NCBI RefSeq assembly: GCF_000009045.1
Contig: NC_000964.3
Span: forward strand, 1,110,001 to 1,142,000
DNA from: Bacillus subtilis subsp. subtilis str. 168
GTDB taxonomy: Bacteria > Bacillota > Bacilli > Bacillales > Bacillaceae
Reading direction: 5' to 3'
DNA length: 32,000 bases
The notes beneath the pieces are model-generated. The model saw only the letters and a list, made by a program, of their open reading frames with translations, had not been told where the DNA came from and did no database searches. Of the stretch, positions 10,632 to 19,659 are shown piece by piece (the first letter of the stretch is position 1; every line of letters begins with the position of its first letter). Both the position numbers and the translations under genes were made by a program.

Positions 10632-10828
10632 TCTGCTTCCTCCTTTTTATTTTCCTTGTCGAGGACATACACAATCGCCATCAGCGCAGAGGTCAAAAGA
10701 GCCCACATCACAATATAGGCAAGAATAAACGGCATGCCGAACACATAGGGGGTCACCTTATTTGCAAAAGGGATGCCGAGTAAGATTCCGATAAAGGGTA
10801 AAGCGGCAAGAACGTGAATCAGTTTCAT
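10628..10828 (-). CDS. yhjC: Small two-TM membrane protein (DUF3311-like), partner of YhjB
   Basis: 66 aa; overlaps yhjB start by 4 nt (ATGA-type coupling). Confidence 0.85.
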   Translation of the reverse strand: MKLIHVLAALPFIGILLGIPFANKVTPYVFGMPFILAYIVMWALLTSALMAIVYVLDKENKKEEAE

Positions 10829-11035
10829 AGAATCCTCCTTCTATTTAGGATTGAGGTGTACAAGCCTAAGCGTACTGAAAATGATGTCGCAGATATCGCA
10901 GCACATGTCATTTTTTGGAGTGAAAGGCTGTGGTTCGAATTATAAATAAATTTATTTTGTTTGTATAGTGTGAATTGTCTGAAATTAATGCTCTGAATCG
11001 CCCGAAGAGGGAACGGGCAGTATGATTCAAAAGGC

Positions 11036-11398
11036 TCAGAGTCTGTCTGGGGCAAATAGATAGTATGTTAATAATTCGCTGACCTGCTCACGGATTCGCG
11101 GATTAAAATAGCGATGGTTTTCTTCATAACCGTCGATGACAAATGTATAGAGTGTAAAGGCCTCATCGCGTTCCGTCTCGCGGATTGCAATTTTTCTTTT
11201 CCTCAGTTCTTTTCTGACCTCCATCAAATCCTTTTGTGCTATTTTTAATGATTCGCTGATAAGCTGTTTATAAGGATGCTTCAATTTTAATGTGCTTTCT
11301 TCAATTCCGGCGAGATCACGGTTAAAAATCGTAATGGCCATGGGCAAAAAGAGAGCCCGTTCAATTAAATCGTATATTTCCTCCTGCAGATTTGGCAT
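11036..11398 (-). CDS. yhjD: Conserved uncharacterised protein
   Basis: 120 aa MPNLQEEIYDLIERALFLPMAITIFNRDLAGIE..., SD AAGGAG. Confidence 0.85.
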   Translation of the reverse strand: MPNLQEEIYDLIERALFLPMAITIFNRDLAGIEESTLKLKHPYKQLISESLKIAQKDLMEVRKELRKRKIAIRETERDEAFTLYTFVIDGYEENHRYFNPRIREQVSELLTYYLFAPDRL

Positions 11399-11549
11399 AT
11401 TGACTCCTTCTTTCTAAGGGAACGTTTGTTCTATTTGTATTCTATATCGGCTGGTGAAATGTTTCAAGACAGAAAAAATCACCAAAACTTTTTAGTTTTC
11501 TGCTGATAATGTGTAGAATAAGGATAGACAAACCCGGTAAGGAGTATAA

Positions 11550-12173
11550 ATGTTGGAGCATTTTTTATCCTATTTGACACAAGAACATTTAACTGAATTA
11601 TTTCAAAGCTATAGGGCTTTCGGTCCGCTCATTGCTGTGCTGCTGCCTTTAATTGAAGCATTTCTCCCGTTTTTGCCGCTGATCGTGTTTGTGGTGGCGA
11701 ATACGAACTCGTTTGGCTTGTGGGAAGGATTCATCCTATCCTGGGCGGGATCAACTGCTGGTTCCATTCTCGTCTTTTTGATTGTCCGTCAATACGGACA
11801 GAGAAAATTGCTTGGATTTATCCGCAGTCATCCGTCTGTCAGAAAGCTGATGTTATGGGTGGAAAGACACGGCTTCGGTCCCATGTTTCTTCTGCTTTGT
11901 TTTCCATTTACACCGTCAGCCGCGGTGAATGTTGTTGCCGGTTTGTCAAGGATCGGAACGCGGCCGTTTATTTTGGCGGCAGCCTCGGGGAAGCTTGTCA
12001 TGATTTTTATGATCAGCTTCATCGGATATGATCTGCACGCGCTGATTACACAGCCGATTCGAACGGTCATCGCCGTATTGGTGATCACTGTCTTATGGTA
12101 TGTCGGCAAAAAGGTGGAGCGGTATCTGCATGTAAGAGCCAGTCAGCGTGAGCATGATGGAGGGAGACAGTAA
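11550..12173 (+). CDS. yhjE: DedA/VTT-family membrane protein
   Basis: 207 aa; LPFLPLIVFVVANTNSFGLWEGFILSWAGSTAGSILVFLIVRQYGQ; GGAG SD. Confidence 0.92.
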   Translation: MLEHFLSYLTQEHLTELFQSYRAFGPLIAVLLPLIEAFLPFLPLIVFVVANTNSFGLWEGFILSWAGSTAGSILVFLIVRQYGQRKLLGFIRSHPSVRKLMLWVERHGFGPMFLLLCFPFTPSAAVNVVAGLSRIGTRPFILAAASGKLVMIFMISFIGYDLHALITQPIRTVIAVLVITVLWYVGKKVERYLHVRASQREHDGGRQ

Positions 12174-12174
12174 C

Positions 12175-12681
12175 ATGAAAAAACGGTTTTGGTTTCTTGC
12201 CGGTGTAGTGTCCGTTGTTCTCGCCATTCAGGTTAAAAATGCTGTCTTTATTGATTACAAGGTAGAAGGCGTCAGTATGAACCCGACCTTCCAGGAAGGA
12301 AACGAATTGTTGGTCAATAAATTTTCGCATCGATTTAAAACCATCCATCGTTTTGACATCGTCCTTTTTAAAGGCCCTGATCATAAAGTGCTGATTAAAC
12401 GGGTAATCGGCTTGCCCGGTGAAACGATCAAATATAAAGATGATCAGCTGTATGTGAACGGAAAGCAGGTTGCTGAGCCATTTTTGAAGCATTTGAAATC
12501 TGTTTCTGCCGGCAGCCATGTAACGGGTGATTTTTCTTTGAAAGATGTGACGGGAACAAGCAAGGTGCCGAAAGGAAAATATTTTGTCGTTGGAGATAAT
12601 CGCATATACAGCTTCGACAGCCGGCATTTTGGTCCGATAAGAGAAAAAAATATTGTCGGTGTGATTTCTGATGCCGAATAA
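12175..12681 (+). CDS. sipV: Type I signal peptidase
   Basis: 168 aa; EGVSMNPTF (catalytic Ser), LIKRVIGLPGE (catalytic Lys), VVGDNRIYSFDSRHFGPI. Confidence 0.97.
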   Translation: MKKRFWFLAGVVSVVLAIQVKNAVFIDYKVEGVSMNPTFQEGNELLVNKFSHRFKTIHRFDIVLFKGPDHKVLIKRVIGLPGETIKYKDDQLYVNGKQVAEPFLKHLKSVSAGSHVTGDFSLKDVTGTSKVPKGKYFVVGDNRIYSFDSRHFGPIREKNIVGVISDAE

Positions 12682-12710
12682 AAAGACGCTAATTGAAGAG
12701 GCGTCTTTTT
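12680..12710 (+). terminator. Terminator of yhjE-sipV
   Basis: AAAAAGACGC - 11 nt - GCGTCTTTTT stem immediately at the sipV stop. Confidence 0.85.
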
Positions 12711-12732
12711 GTATGCCGTTTGGAAAAATGTG

Positions 12733-12761
12733 TTGAAGAAAAATTTGTAAGGAGCTATAAT
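12733..12761 (+). promoter_or_regulatory. Putative SigA promoter of yhjG
   Basis: TTGAAG (12733-12738), 17 nt, TATAAT (12756-12761). Confidence 0.65.
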
Positions 12762-12766
12762 CAAAA

Positions 12767-12784
12767 TTGTTACCTGTGTAACAA
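12767..12784. promoter_or_regulatory. Palindromic operator candidate downstream of the yhjG -10
   Basis: TTGTTAC-CTGT-GTAACAA, perfect 7-bp arms, shared with the yhjH promoter region. Confidence 0.6.
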
Positions 12785-12861
12785 AATTTATATATTTTTT
12801 TGACTGGAGGGCCGTTTTTATTGGTTTTTGTTCGTTTTTCATGAAACAAAAGGAGTGGTGA

Positions 12862-14361
12862 ATGATGATGAAATATGAAGCAGTGATTATAGGAGGAGGG
12901 CCGGTTGGATTTATGCTGGCTTCTGAGCTTGCAATAGCCGGAGTGGGAACATGTGTGATTGAACGGCTTGAAAAACCTGTTCCGCATTCCAAGGCGTTGA
13001 CGCTGCACCCCCGAACGCTGGAGCTTCTTGAGATGAGAGGGATTTTAGAGCGGTTCGTATCCAAGGGAAGCAAGATACCTACCGGACATTTTTCAATGCT
13101 GGATACCCGTCTGGATTTTTCAGGCTTGGATACGAGCTGTCCTTACACGCTTTTGCTCCCGCAGTCCAAAACAGAAAAGCTTCTTGAAGATCATGCACGA
13201 AGCCTGGGAACAGAGGTGTTTCGGGGTGCCGAGGCGCTGGCGGTTACGCAAAACGGGGAAGCGGTCCAAACAATTTTTAAGGATCGGGACGGCAGTGTAC
13301 GGACGATCACAAGCAAGTTTGCCGTTGGGGCAGATGGCGCCGGGAGTACCGTCCGGAAACAGGCGAAAATTGAGTTTCCGGGAACAGACAGCACTGTCAC
13401 CGCTGCGCTTGGGGATGTGGTGCTCCTTTCTCCGCCGCCGTCAGGTGTGCTGTCCCTTTGCACAAAAGAGGGCGGTGTTATGATTGTTCCGTTATCTCCA
13501 GACCGATACCGTGTCGTTGTGATCAGCCCTTATCGCACACAAACGCCGAAAGATGTGCCTGTGACTGAGGAAGAGCTGAAAGCTGACCTCCTGCGAATTT
13601 GCGGAACTGACTTCGGTTTAACCGACCCTTCGTGGATGTCGCGGTTTGGGAACGCCGCGCGCCAAGCGAAACGGTATCGGGACGGCAGAATCTTTCTTGC
13701 GGGTGATGCCGCGCATATTCATTTTCCGGCGGGCGGGCAAGGACTGAATGTCGGCCTTCAGGATGCAATGAACCTCGGGTGGAAACTGGCGGCGGCCATC
13801 AAAGGCTCTGCGCCTTCTTGGCTTTTGGACAGCTACCATGATGAGCGGCATCCGGCAGCGGAAGGGCTCCTCAGAAACACGGAGGCACAGACAAAGCTGA
13901 TCGATTTCACTCAAGCAGGCCTCCATTTGCGAAGCATGATGTCGGAGCTGCTGGCCTTCCCTGATGTGAATCGATATGTAGCGGGGCAAATTTCTGCGCT
14001 CGATGTCAGATATGAAGCTGATCGTACCATGCCGCCGAATCGTTTGAACGGGGCAAGGCTCCCTGACATGAAGCTGATTCTTTCCGACGGCAATTCGGAA
14101 CGGCTGTACAGCTTTCTCCAAAACGGGACATTCGTTTTGCTGTCATTGAGGCAGGAAGCTGATGATCATATCGAAGTAAAAGGCTTACGTACGGTAACCG
14201 CCTCGCTTGCAGAACCGAATGAAAAGTTGCGGAATGTGCATACCATATTGATTCGTCCCGATGGACATGTAGCCTGGGCGGTGGATGCATCAGCGCCCGA
14301 TTGTTCCGAGGTGATTCAAAAAGGGATCAGCCGCTGGTTTTCCGTCACCAGCCGAGTATAA
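12862..14361 (+). CDS. yhjG: FAD-dependent aromatic hydroxylase/monooxygenase
   Basis: 499 aa; AVIIGGGPVGFMLASELAIAGV, VGADGAGSTVRK, FLAGDAAHIHFPAGGQGLNVGLQDAMNLGWKL. Confidence 0.93.
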   Translation: MMMKYEAVIIGGGPVGFMLASELAIAGVGTCVIERLEKPVPHSKALTLHPRTLELLEMRGILERFVSKGSKIPTGHFSMLDTRLDFSGLDTSCPYTLLLPQSKTEKLLEDHARSLGTEVFRGAEALAVTQNGEAVQTIFKDRDGSVRTITSKFAVGADGAGSTVRKQAKIEFPGTDSTVTAALGDVVLLSPPPSGVLSLCTKEGGVMIVPLSPDRYRVVVISPYRTQTPKDVPVTEEELKADLLRICGTDFGLTDPSWMSRFGNAARQAKRYRDGRIFLAGDAAHIHFPAGGQGLNVGLQDAMNLGWKLAAAIKGSAPSWLLDSYHDERHPAAEGLLRNTEAQTKLIDFTQAGLHLRSMMSELLAFPDVNRYVAGQISALDVRYEADRTMPPNRLNGARLPDMKLILSDGNSERLYSFLQNGTFVLLSLRQEADDHIEVKGLRTVTASLAEPNEKLRNVHTILIRPDGHVAWAVDASAPDCSEVIQKGISRWFSVTSRV

Positions 14362-14365
14362 TTCA

Positions 14366-14417
14366 ATTCGATTGTTTCATCTGTAACAAAACGGTATGAT
14401 AGAAGAAACAATCGAAT
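14366..14417. promoter_or_regulatory. yhjH promoter (TTGTTT-17-TATGAT) flanked by inverted repeats
   Basis: -35 14372-14377, -10 14395-14400. ATTCGATTGTTTC (14366-14378) and GAAACAATCGAAT (14405-14417) form a perfect 13-bp inverted repeat with a 26-nt spacer. TTGTTTC-ATCT-GTAACAA at 14372-14389. Confidence 0.65.
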
Positions 14418-14437
14418 GAAAAAGGATGGAAAACCCG

Positions 14438-14965
14438 ATGAACACAGATCATACGAAACGCAATCTTTTTGAATTGTATGCGGAGCTCATTCATCAGCAG
14501 GAGAAATGGGAGGGGCTTATTAAAGCCTTTTTATCTGACGAATTGAGGAAGCTGGATGTAGAGCACGGGAGTAAATCTCAATTGACGATGACAGAAATTC
14601 ATGTTCTATCCTGTGTCGGGGACAATGAACCAATTAATGTCACGTCGATAGCAGAAAAAATGAATACGACAAAAGCGACTGTATCACGCATCAGCACAAA
14701 ATTGCTCGGCGCAGGCTTCCTTCACAGAACACAGCTCAGCGATAATAAAAAGGAGGTCTACTTCCGATTGACGCCTGCTGGAAAAAAGCTGCACAGTTTG
14801 CACAAATATTATCATCAGAAGGCTGAACAGCGTTTTCTGTCATTTTTTGACCGCTATACCGAGGAAGAGATTCTTTTTGCGGAACGGCTGTTTCGGGATC
14901 TGGTGACAAAATGGTATCCGTCGTCAGAAGAAATTGAAGGGGGGCTTCCTAGCATTTTTAAATAA
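14438..14965 (+). CDS. yhjH: MarR-family transcriptional regulator
   Basis: 175 aa; wHTH region INVTSIAEKMNTTKATVSRISTKLLGAGFLHRTQLSDNKKEVYFRLTPAGKKL. The ORF-track start at 14426 has no room for an SD; internal ATG has GGATGG. Confidence 0.92.
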   Translation: MNTDHTKRNLFELYAELIHQQEKWEGLIKAFLSDELRKLDVEHGSKSQLTMTEIHVLSCVGDNEPINVTSIAEKMNTTKATVSRISTKLLGAGFLHRTQLSDNKKEVYFRLTPAGKKLHSLHKYYHQKAEQRFLSFFDRYTEEEILFAERLFRDLVTKWYPSSEEIEGGLPSIFK

Positions 14966-14992
14966 AAAACACGCACTGCGGTGCGTGTTTTT
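14965..14992 (+). terminator. Terminator of yhjH
   Basis: AAAAACACGCAC-TGCG-GTGCGTGTTTTT, perfect 12-bp stem. Confidence 0.9.
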
Positions 14993-15122
14993 CGCTTTGT
15001 TTCTATCTTTTTCAAGGCTGTAACGTAAATCAGATTTCCTCTTGAAGAATGAAATTCAAGATGTTCAGGAATTTGCACTGCTTATACGATATGTCTATTA
15101 GTATCTTTATTTTATACGTTTT

Positions 15123-16328
15123 CTACTGTGTTTTTGATGCTTTGTTTTCAAGTGAAATAGGGTCTTCTGTTTTAGTTCTCCTAATCTTTACAGAAATACC
15201 TACTAGAATGACCGCCATAGTTGTAAATATTCCCATGGTTAATAAGATCGTATCCTGGTTTAAACTCCATCCAATTAAGAAAGAGATGATCGCTCCTCCG
15301 AAACTTGCCGAGGCAATAAATAAACTTGTAACTTCGTCAACGTACTTCTGAATAATGATTGATGCTAGTGTTAAAGCAATGGGAAATATCCCCGCTATAC
15401 TTAGGCCAATCAAAAATGTACCACTCAATTGAAGTATTGGGTTACTTATATAAGAGAAGGCAATCAACAAAACAATTAAACAACTACAGCTAAAAAGAAG
15501 GTATTTGGAAAAATCAAGCCTTCTACTTACGAAACCAATCAATATTCTTCCTATGATGATCCCTACCCAGAAAAAGGAGACACTTATAAGACTAATTTGT
15601 TCATTGTCTTGGTTTATCATGATTGAAGGTAAAAAGTTGGCAAAATTTGTTTCAATTCCAGCATATAGGAAAGCGAAAAATACAAAAAAGCCTAATTGCT
15701 TTGATTTTTTTCTATCTCCTATAAAGTATTGAAATGCTCCTCCATCTGGAAAGGTCACTTGTTGGTTAGCATTCTTAGCGTACTCTCGGTTCTTAGACAA
15801 GAAAATTAACCACCCTACGAATAGGACGAATAAAAAGGTGAATATACAGTAATATGGTAAAAACCAGTTATTGATATCTATGAAGGAATTAATTAATAAT
15901 GGGAAAGATAAAGCGCCTAATCCAAAGAGAACTTCCAGCTTACTCATTTTTTCTGCATTACTTTCGAAATTAGCAATAACAAATGAACCAACTGTCGTTT
16001 CTAATGTGCCTGCTCCATATCCTAAGAGAAAAGCCATTACAATAATATAATACCAATCCTTGGTTAGAAAAAAGATACTTAACGCTACAAGCATTATTGT
16101 CAAAGCTAAAGTAAGTGTCCTAAAATGACTGTATTTCTTAATCATTAAAGGTGCGATTAATACTCCGCTTAGAAATCCGGTAAACTGGAAGAAGATTATG
16201 ACCGAAATATCATCTGTTGTCTTGTTAAAAGCCTCTAATAAAAATGGTGTCAAACTCCCTGTTGATATATGGATAATACCTACTGTAAAAAAGAAAGCAT
16301 ATCCAAATAAATATGTCCCTCTTAACAT
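15123..16328 (-). CDS. glcP: Glucose/H+ symporter, MFS family
   Basis: 401 aa 12-TM MFS protein, recognised as GlcP (YhjI); located downstream of ntdC. Confidence 0.93.
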   Translation of the reverse strand: MLRGTYLFGYAFFFTVGIIHISTGSLTPFLLEAFNKTTDDISVIIFFQFTGFLSGVLIAPLMIKKYSHFRTLTLALTIMLVALSIFFLTKDWYYIIVMAFLLGYGAGTLETTVGSFVIANFESNAEKMSKLEVLFGLGALSFPLLINSFIDINNWFLPYYCIFTFLFVLFVGWLIFLSKNREYAKNANQQVTFPDGGAFQYFIGDRKKSKQLGFFVFFAFLYAGIETNFANFLPSIMINQDNEQISLISVSFFWVGIIIGRILIGFVSRRLDFSKYLLFSCSCLIVLLIAFSYISNPILQLSGTFLIGLSIAGIFPIALTLASIIIQKYVDEVTSLFIASASFGGAIISFLIGWSLNQDTILLTMGIFTTMAVILVGISVKIRRTKTEDPISLENKASKTQ

Positions 16329-16346
16329 TCATTACACCCCTATATG

Positions 16347-16376
16347 AAAAAGCAGGAAAGTAAATTCCTGCTTTTT
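16347..16376 (-). terminator. Terminator-like hairpin between ntdC and glcP
   Basis: AAAAAGCAGGAA-AGTAAA-TTCCTGCTTTTT, perfect 12-bp stem; T-run on the minus strand, ending 18 nt before the glcP start. Confidence 0.75.
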
Positions 16377-16399
16377 TAGTAACTTCTCTCTTTGAAATA

Positions 16400-17452
16400 C
16401 TAGTTGACTGCTGAAACAGACATGGGTTGAGAGTTGCTGTCTTTCTCAAAGAACATTTCTAATACTTCCTGAGATCTAAAACCATCACTAAAAGAAGGGA
16501 TCTCAACCCAATCATTCTGAGTTGATGCAATCCAATTGATTAACTCGCTTCTAAAAGAATCAGCCCATCCATAAAACTCGTTTGGCGGATCGTTTAATAG
16601 GCTTTGCGGTACTGGGCAGTCTACCACGTTCAAGCCATCTATGAGCTTGTAAACGTGAGGATTACCTGTGTGGTATTTAAACTCTTTTTTGTGTCCAACT
16701 ACCTCAATGCTAAAACCACAGTCTTCAGGTACAGAACACTTTGATGTGATGATATTTACAAATACCTTGTTCTTCAGCTGGCCATAAATTTCTGCATAGT
16801 CATCTACAAGTACCTGTTTATCCTCTTTTGTTTTTACATTTGTGTTCATCTTTGCCCTTACTGATTCTGTGATGAAATCACTCTCGAACAAATACCATAC
16901 CATGTCAATAAGGTGAATACCCAGATCCCCCAATGATCCACTCGTCTTCTTACTATTAGCGTCATCTCTCCAAGTAAACTTCTTACGTCTAAGTGCACTA
17001 TTTTTCTTGAAGTGTACTTTTATGGACAGTATGTTACCTAGTTCATTATTGATAATTAAGCTTTTTAAGATATTTACGTAAGATAAATATCTATAATTAA
17101 ATCCCATACTGGCTCTTACGCTCAACCTTTCAGCAGTATCTTTCATTATGCTTGCTTCTTCAAGAGAAATAGCCATAGGCTTTTCACATAATACATGCTT
17201 ATGTTTTCCTAATGCTTGCAAAGCATGTTCTTTATGGCAAAAGTTTGGTGATGCTACAATTAAACCTTCTGAGGCATCAATTAGTTCATCTACGTTTTCA
17301 AATGACTTCCCGCCGAAAGTTTTCACAAAGCTTTCCGCATTTTGTTGATTTATGTCATATACCCCTACTAACTCTGCATTTTTTATTGTAGATAAAGCAG
17401 TTGCATGCGCTCTTGCAATACCACCTGCACCTATGATGCCTATCTTCTTCAT
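16400..17452 (-). CDS. ntdC: Glucose-6-phosphate 3-dehydrogenase (Gfo/Idh/MocA family)
   Basis: 350 aa from MKKIGIIGAGGIARAHATALSTIKNAELVGVYD; EKPMAIS motif; recognised as NtdC (YhjJ). Confidence 0.95.
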   Translation of the reverse strand: MKKIGIIGAGGIARAHATALSTIKNAELVGVYDINQQNAESFVKTFGGKSFENVDELIDASEGLIVASPNFCHKEHALQALGKHKHVLCEKPMAISLEEASIMKDTAERLSVRASMGFNYRYLSYVNILKSLIINNELGNILSIKVHFKKNSALRRKKFTWRDDANSKKTSGSLGDLGIHLIDMVWYLFESDFITESVRAKMNTNVKTKEDKQVLVDDYAEIYGQLKNKVFVNIITSKCSVPEDCGFSIEVVGHKKEFKYHTGNPHVYKLIDGLNVVDCPVPQSLLNDPPNEFYGWADSFRSELINWIASTQNDWVEIPSFSDGFRSQEVLEMFFEKDSNSQPMSVSAVN

Positions 17453-17465
17453 TTTTATTTCCTCC

Positions 17466-18314
17466 TCATGATCCAATTAATTTTTTTAAGGTATTAGTAA
17501 TTCCTTTTGAGTACTCACTATCAGTTATAAGGTTGTGCAAGTTTTTGGCTTCCTGTGTTGCATTTTTTAGCAGATATCCATTCCCTACTGTCTGTAACAT
17601 ACGAACATCATTTCCACTATCCCCAAATGCGATAGCTCTTTCGGTATTTAGGTTGTATTTCTCTAACATAAACGTTACAATTTCATTCTTTCCTGTCCCT
17701 ATGGGGATAAAATCTACATCATAGCTGTCTTCTGGATCGCCTGCTAAGGGATTACACCGATTTATATTTACTGAAACGCCGTATTCTTCGCAGATTTTTT
17801 CAATAGCTAATAGGTTTTTCTTGTCGTTTATTTCATCTTGTTCCTGATAGTAGAAGTTATGCTTATACCGTGACTTTCCTAATTGGGTTTGAGGATTCAA
17901 AAGAATGTTATGATTTTCATGCAGCTGTTTCACAAGTTTTTCAACCTTTTCTTTACTAAACCCTTCATTTATGCGACTGTTCCACTTGTTATCTTGCTGA
18001 CCGAAGTTATGCTCTGAAAAGTACGTAATTTCAGTTCCAAGATCACTAGCTATAAAATGCGGAAAATATCTAAATTTTCCTCGTCCCATTTTATCGAGAA
18101 TAGATTCTATACTGCTCCCAGTAACCCATCCGATTATTAGCTCCCCATCTTTACTTTTTTGTTCTAGATAGTCTTCGAGTTCATAGATGTCTTGTTGCTT
18201 TTGTTCGTCGATTGTATGCGGAAAATACGTTTCATCAAAATCACAAAAAACAATATATTGAGGATGTTCAACCGTGGATAACGTTTTATACTCCGATTTC
18301 TTGCTTAATAACAT
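17466..18314 (-). CDS. ntdB: Kanosamine-6-phosphate phosphatase (HAD family)
   Basis: 282 aa; HAD motif FCDFDETYF and GDSGNDVRMLQ; GGAGGG SD; overlaps ntdA end by 29 nt. Confidence 0.95.
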   Translation of the reverse strand: MLLSKKSEYKTLSTVEHPQYIVFCDFDETYFPHTIDEQKQQDIYELEDYLEQKSKDGELIIGWVTGSSIESILDKMGRGKFRYFPHFIASDLGTEITYFSEHNFGQQDNKWNSRINEGFSKEKVEKLVKQLHENHNILLNPQTQLGKSRYKHNFYYQEQDEINDKKNLLAIEKICEEYGVSVNINRCNPLAGDPEDSYDVDFIPIGTGKNEIVTFMLEKYNLNTERAIAFGDSGNDVRMLQTVGNGYLLKNATQEAKNLHNLITDSEYSKGITNTLKKLIGS

Positions 18315-19611
18315 GAAACAGTCCCTCCATTACTCTGTCTTGTTCTTCTAAAGTAAATGACGGATATAAAGGCAAATGCAGTACCTGACTATGAGCCTTT
18401 TCCGTATGAACCAATTGGAGTCCTGCATACTTGTCCTGTACTAAAGGAGTTTTTTGCATATGAGAAAGTATTGGATAATATACATCTGTTTGAACACCAA
18501 AATCTTCATTTAATTTAGTCATGATATCTGCCCTATCTTCTGTTCTTACCTTAATAGGAAACAGATGCCATACATGATCTTCACTTAATTCTGGTAATTC
18601 AATATAGCCTTTATTCTGCAACTCTGCTAATTGGGTAATGTATCTATCCGCCAAGAACAATCTTTTGAAGTTGTTTAATGAAAGGTACTTCATTCTCTCT
18701 AAACCAATTGCTGCCTGTAAATTGTCCATTTTTGAATTAAATCCAAAATTGATGACTTTCTTATTTTTTACATTTACTTCAAAACCGTGATAACTAAATT
18801 GAATGCATTTTTTAGCGAGTTCTTCATTATCAGTTGCTATTGCCCCAGCCTTGCCACATACACCAAAATTCTTATAGGGATTAAAACTTAATGTAGTGAT
18901 GTCTGCATACTTTCCTAAGTCTGTCAGTCCAATTCCTTGGCAGGCATCTTCAATTACTTTTAATTTATAACGATTTGCGATTTGACGGATATGCTGCATG
19001 TCTGAATGTTTTCCGTATAAATGCACAGGTAGAATAAACTTTGTATAAGGAGTTATTGCTTCTTCAATTTTGTCAGGATCGATGCAGAATGTTTGTGGGT
19101 TAATATCTACATAGATAGGAACGCCTCCCGAAGCTAACACAGCATTTTCAGTAGCTGAAAAGCTATTAGCCGGCATGATAACTTCATCCCCTGGGTTTAA
19201 CCCTAAAGCCAATAAACCTATCATAATAGCATCGGTTCCACTGCTGGTTGCAATTACATACCTTTTATGTAAATATGTAGATAAAACTTTTTCGAATTGC
19301 TCTAAATAGGGACCACTCGTAAATTTTCCAGTTGGCAAAACTTCAGTTAATGTATTTAAGATATCTTCCACTTCATCATTGGTTATTAATCTGTCTACAG
19401 GCAAAAAAGGGACTTTACTGATTTCACGATTTTTTTGATAGTTGAAAAGGTCATGTTCAATATCTATCTTTTCTTTTAATACTTGTTTCCACCGCTCGTT
19501 TACAATACTGTCTTCAATAACAAGTTCTTTTCCTTGTACGTCACCTTTTAAGTGTTTTAATAGTGACATGTTTTCTTTGCTTTTACCTGAAATCTTAACC
19601 TGTTTTTGCAT
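18286..19611 (-). CDS. ntdA: PLP-dependent 3-oxo-glucose-6-phosphate:glutamate aminotransferase (DegT/DnrJ/EryC1/StrS family)
   Basis: 441 aa; SSGTDAIMIGLLALGLNPGDEVIMPANSFSATENAV, EDACQGIG, SFNPYKNFG (PLP Lys). Confidence 0.96.
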   Translation of the reverse strand: MQKQVKISGKSKENMSLLKHLKGDVQGKELVIEDSIVNERWKQVLKEKIDIEHDLFNYQKNREISKVPFLPVDRLITNDEVEDILNTLTEVLPTGKFTSGPYLEQFEKVLSTYLHKRYVIATSSGTDAIMIGLLALGLNPGDEVIMPANSFSATENAVLASGGVPIYVDINPQTFCIDPDKIEEAITPYTKFILPVHLYGKHSDMQHIRQIANRYKLKVIEDACQGIGLTDLGKYADITTLSFNPYKNFGVCGKAGAIATDNEELAKKCIQFSYHGFEVNVKNKKVINFGFNSKMDNLQAAIGLERMKYLSLNNFKRLFLADRYITQLAELQNKGYIELPELSEDHVWHLFPIKVRTEDRADIMTKLNEDFGVQTDVYYPILSHMQKTPLVQDKYAGLQLVHTEKAHSQVLHLPLYPSFTLEEQDRVMEGLFHVIKQEIGV

Positions 19612-19659
19612 GAACAGTACCTCCAATGATTTTATAATCTAAAAATTTATTACAAATTT

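Noticed and set aside
10880-10915. GATATC-centred near-palindrome upstream of yhjC
   Set aside because: The dyad is imperfect beyond 6 bp, so it is not distinguishable from chance without conservation data.
10825-11055. 76 aa minus-strand ORF upstream of yhjC
   Set aside because: Low-complexity composition and no supporting domain; it covers the promoter/intergenic region of yhjC. Most likely spurious.
12085-13073. Long minus-strand ORFs (307 aa and 209 aa) antisense to sipV/yhjG
   Set aside because: Antisense to well-supported sipV and yhjG; Ser/His/Phe/Lys-biased translations with no domain; shadow ORFs.
13618-14121. 167 aa minus-strand ORF in yhjG
   Set aside because: Shadow ORF of the GC-richer yhjG coding sequence; no plausible protein features.
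15049-15351. 100 aa plus-strand ORF antisense to the glcP 3' end
   Set aside because: The overlap with the GlcP C-terminus explains the open frame; hydrophobic/random composition and no SD.
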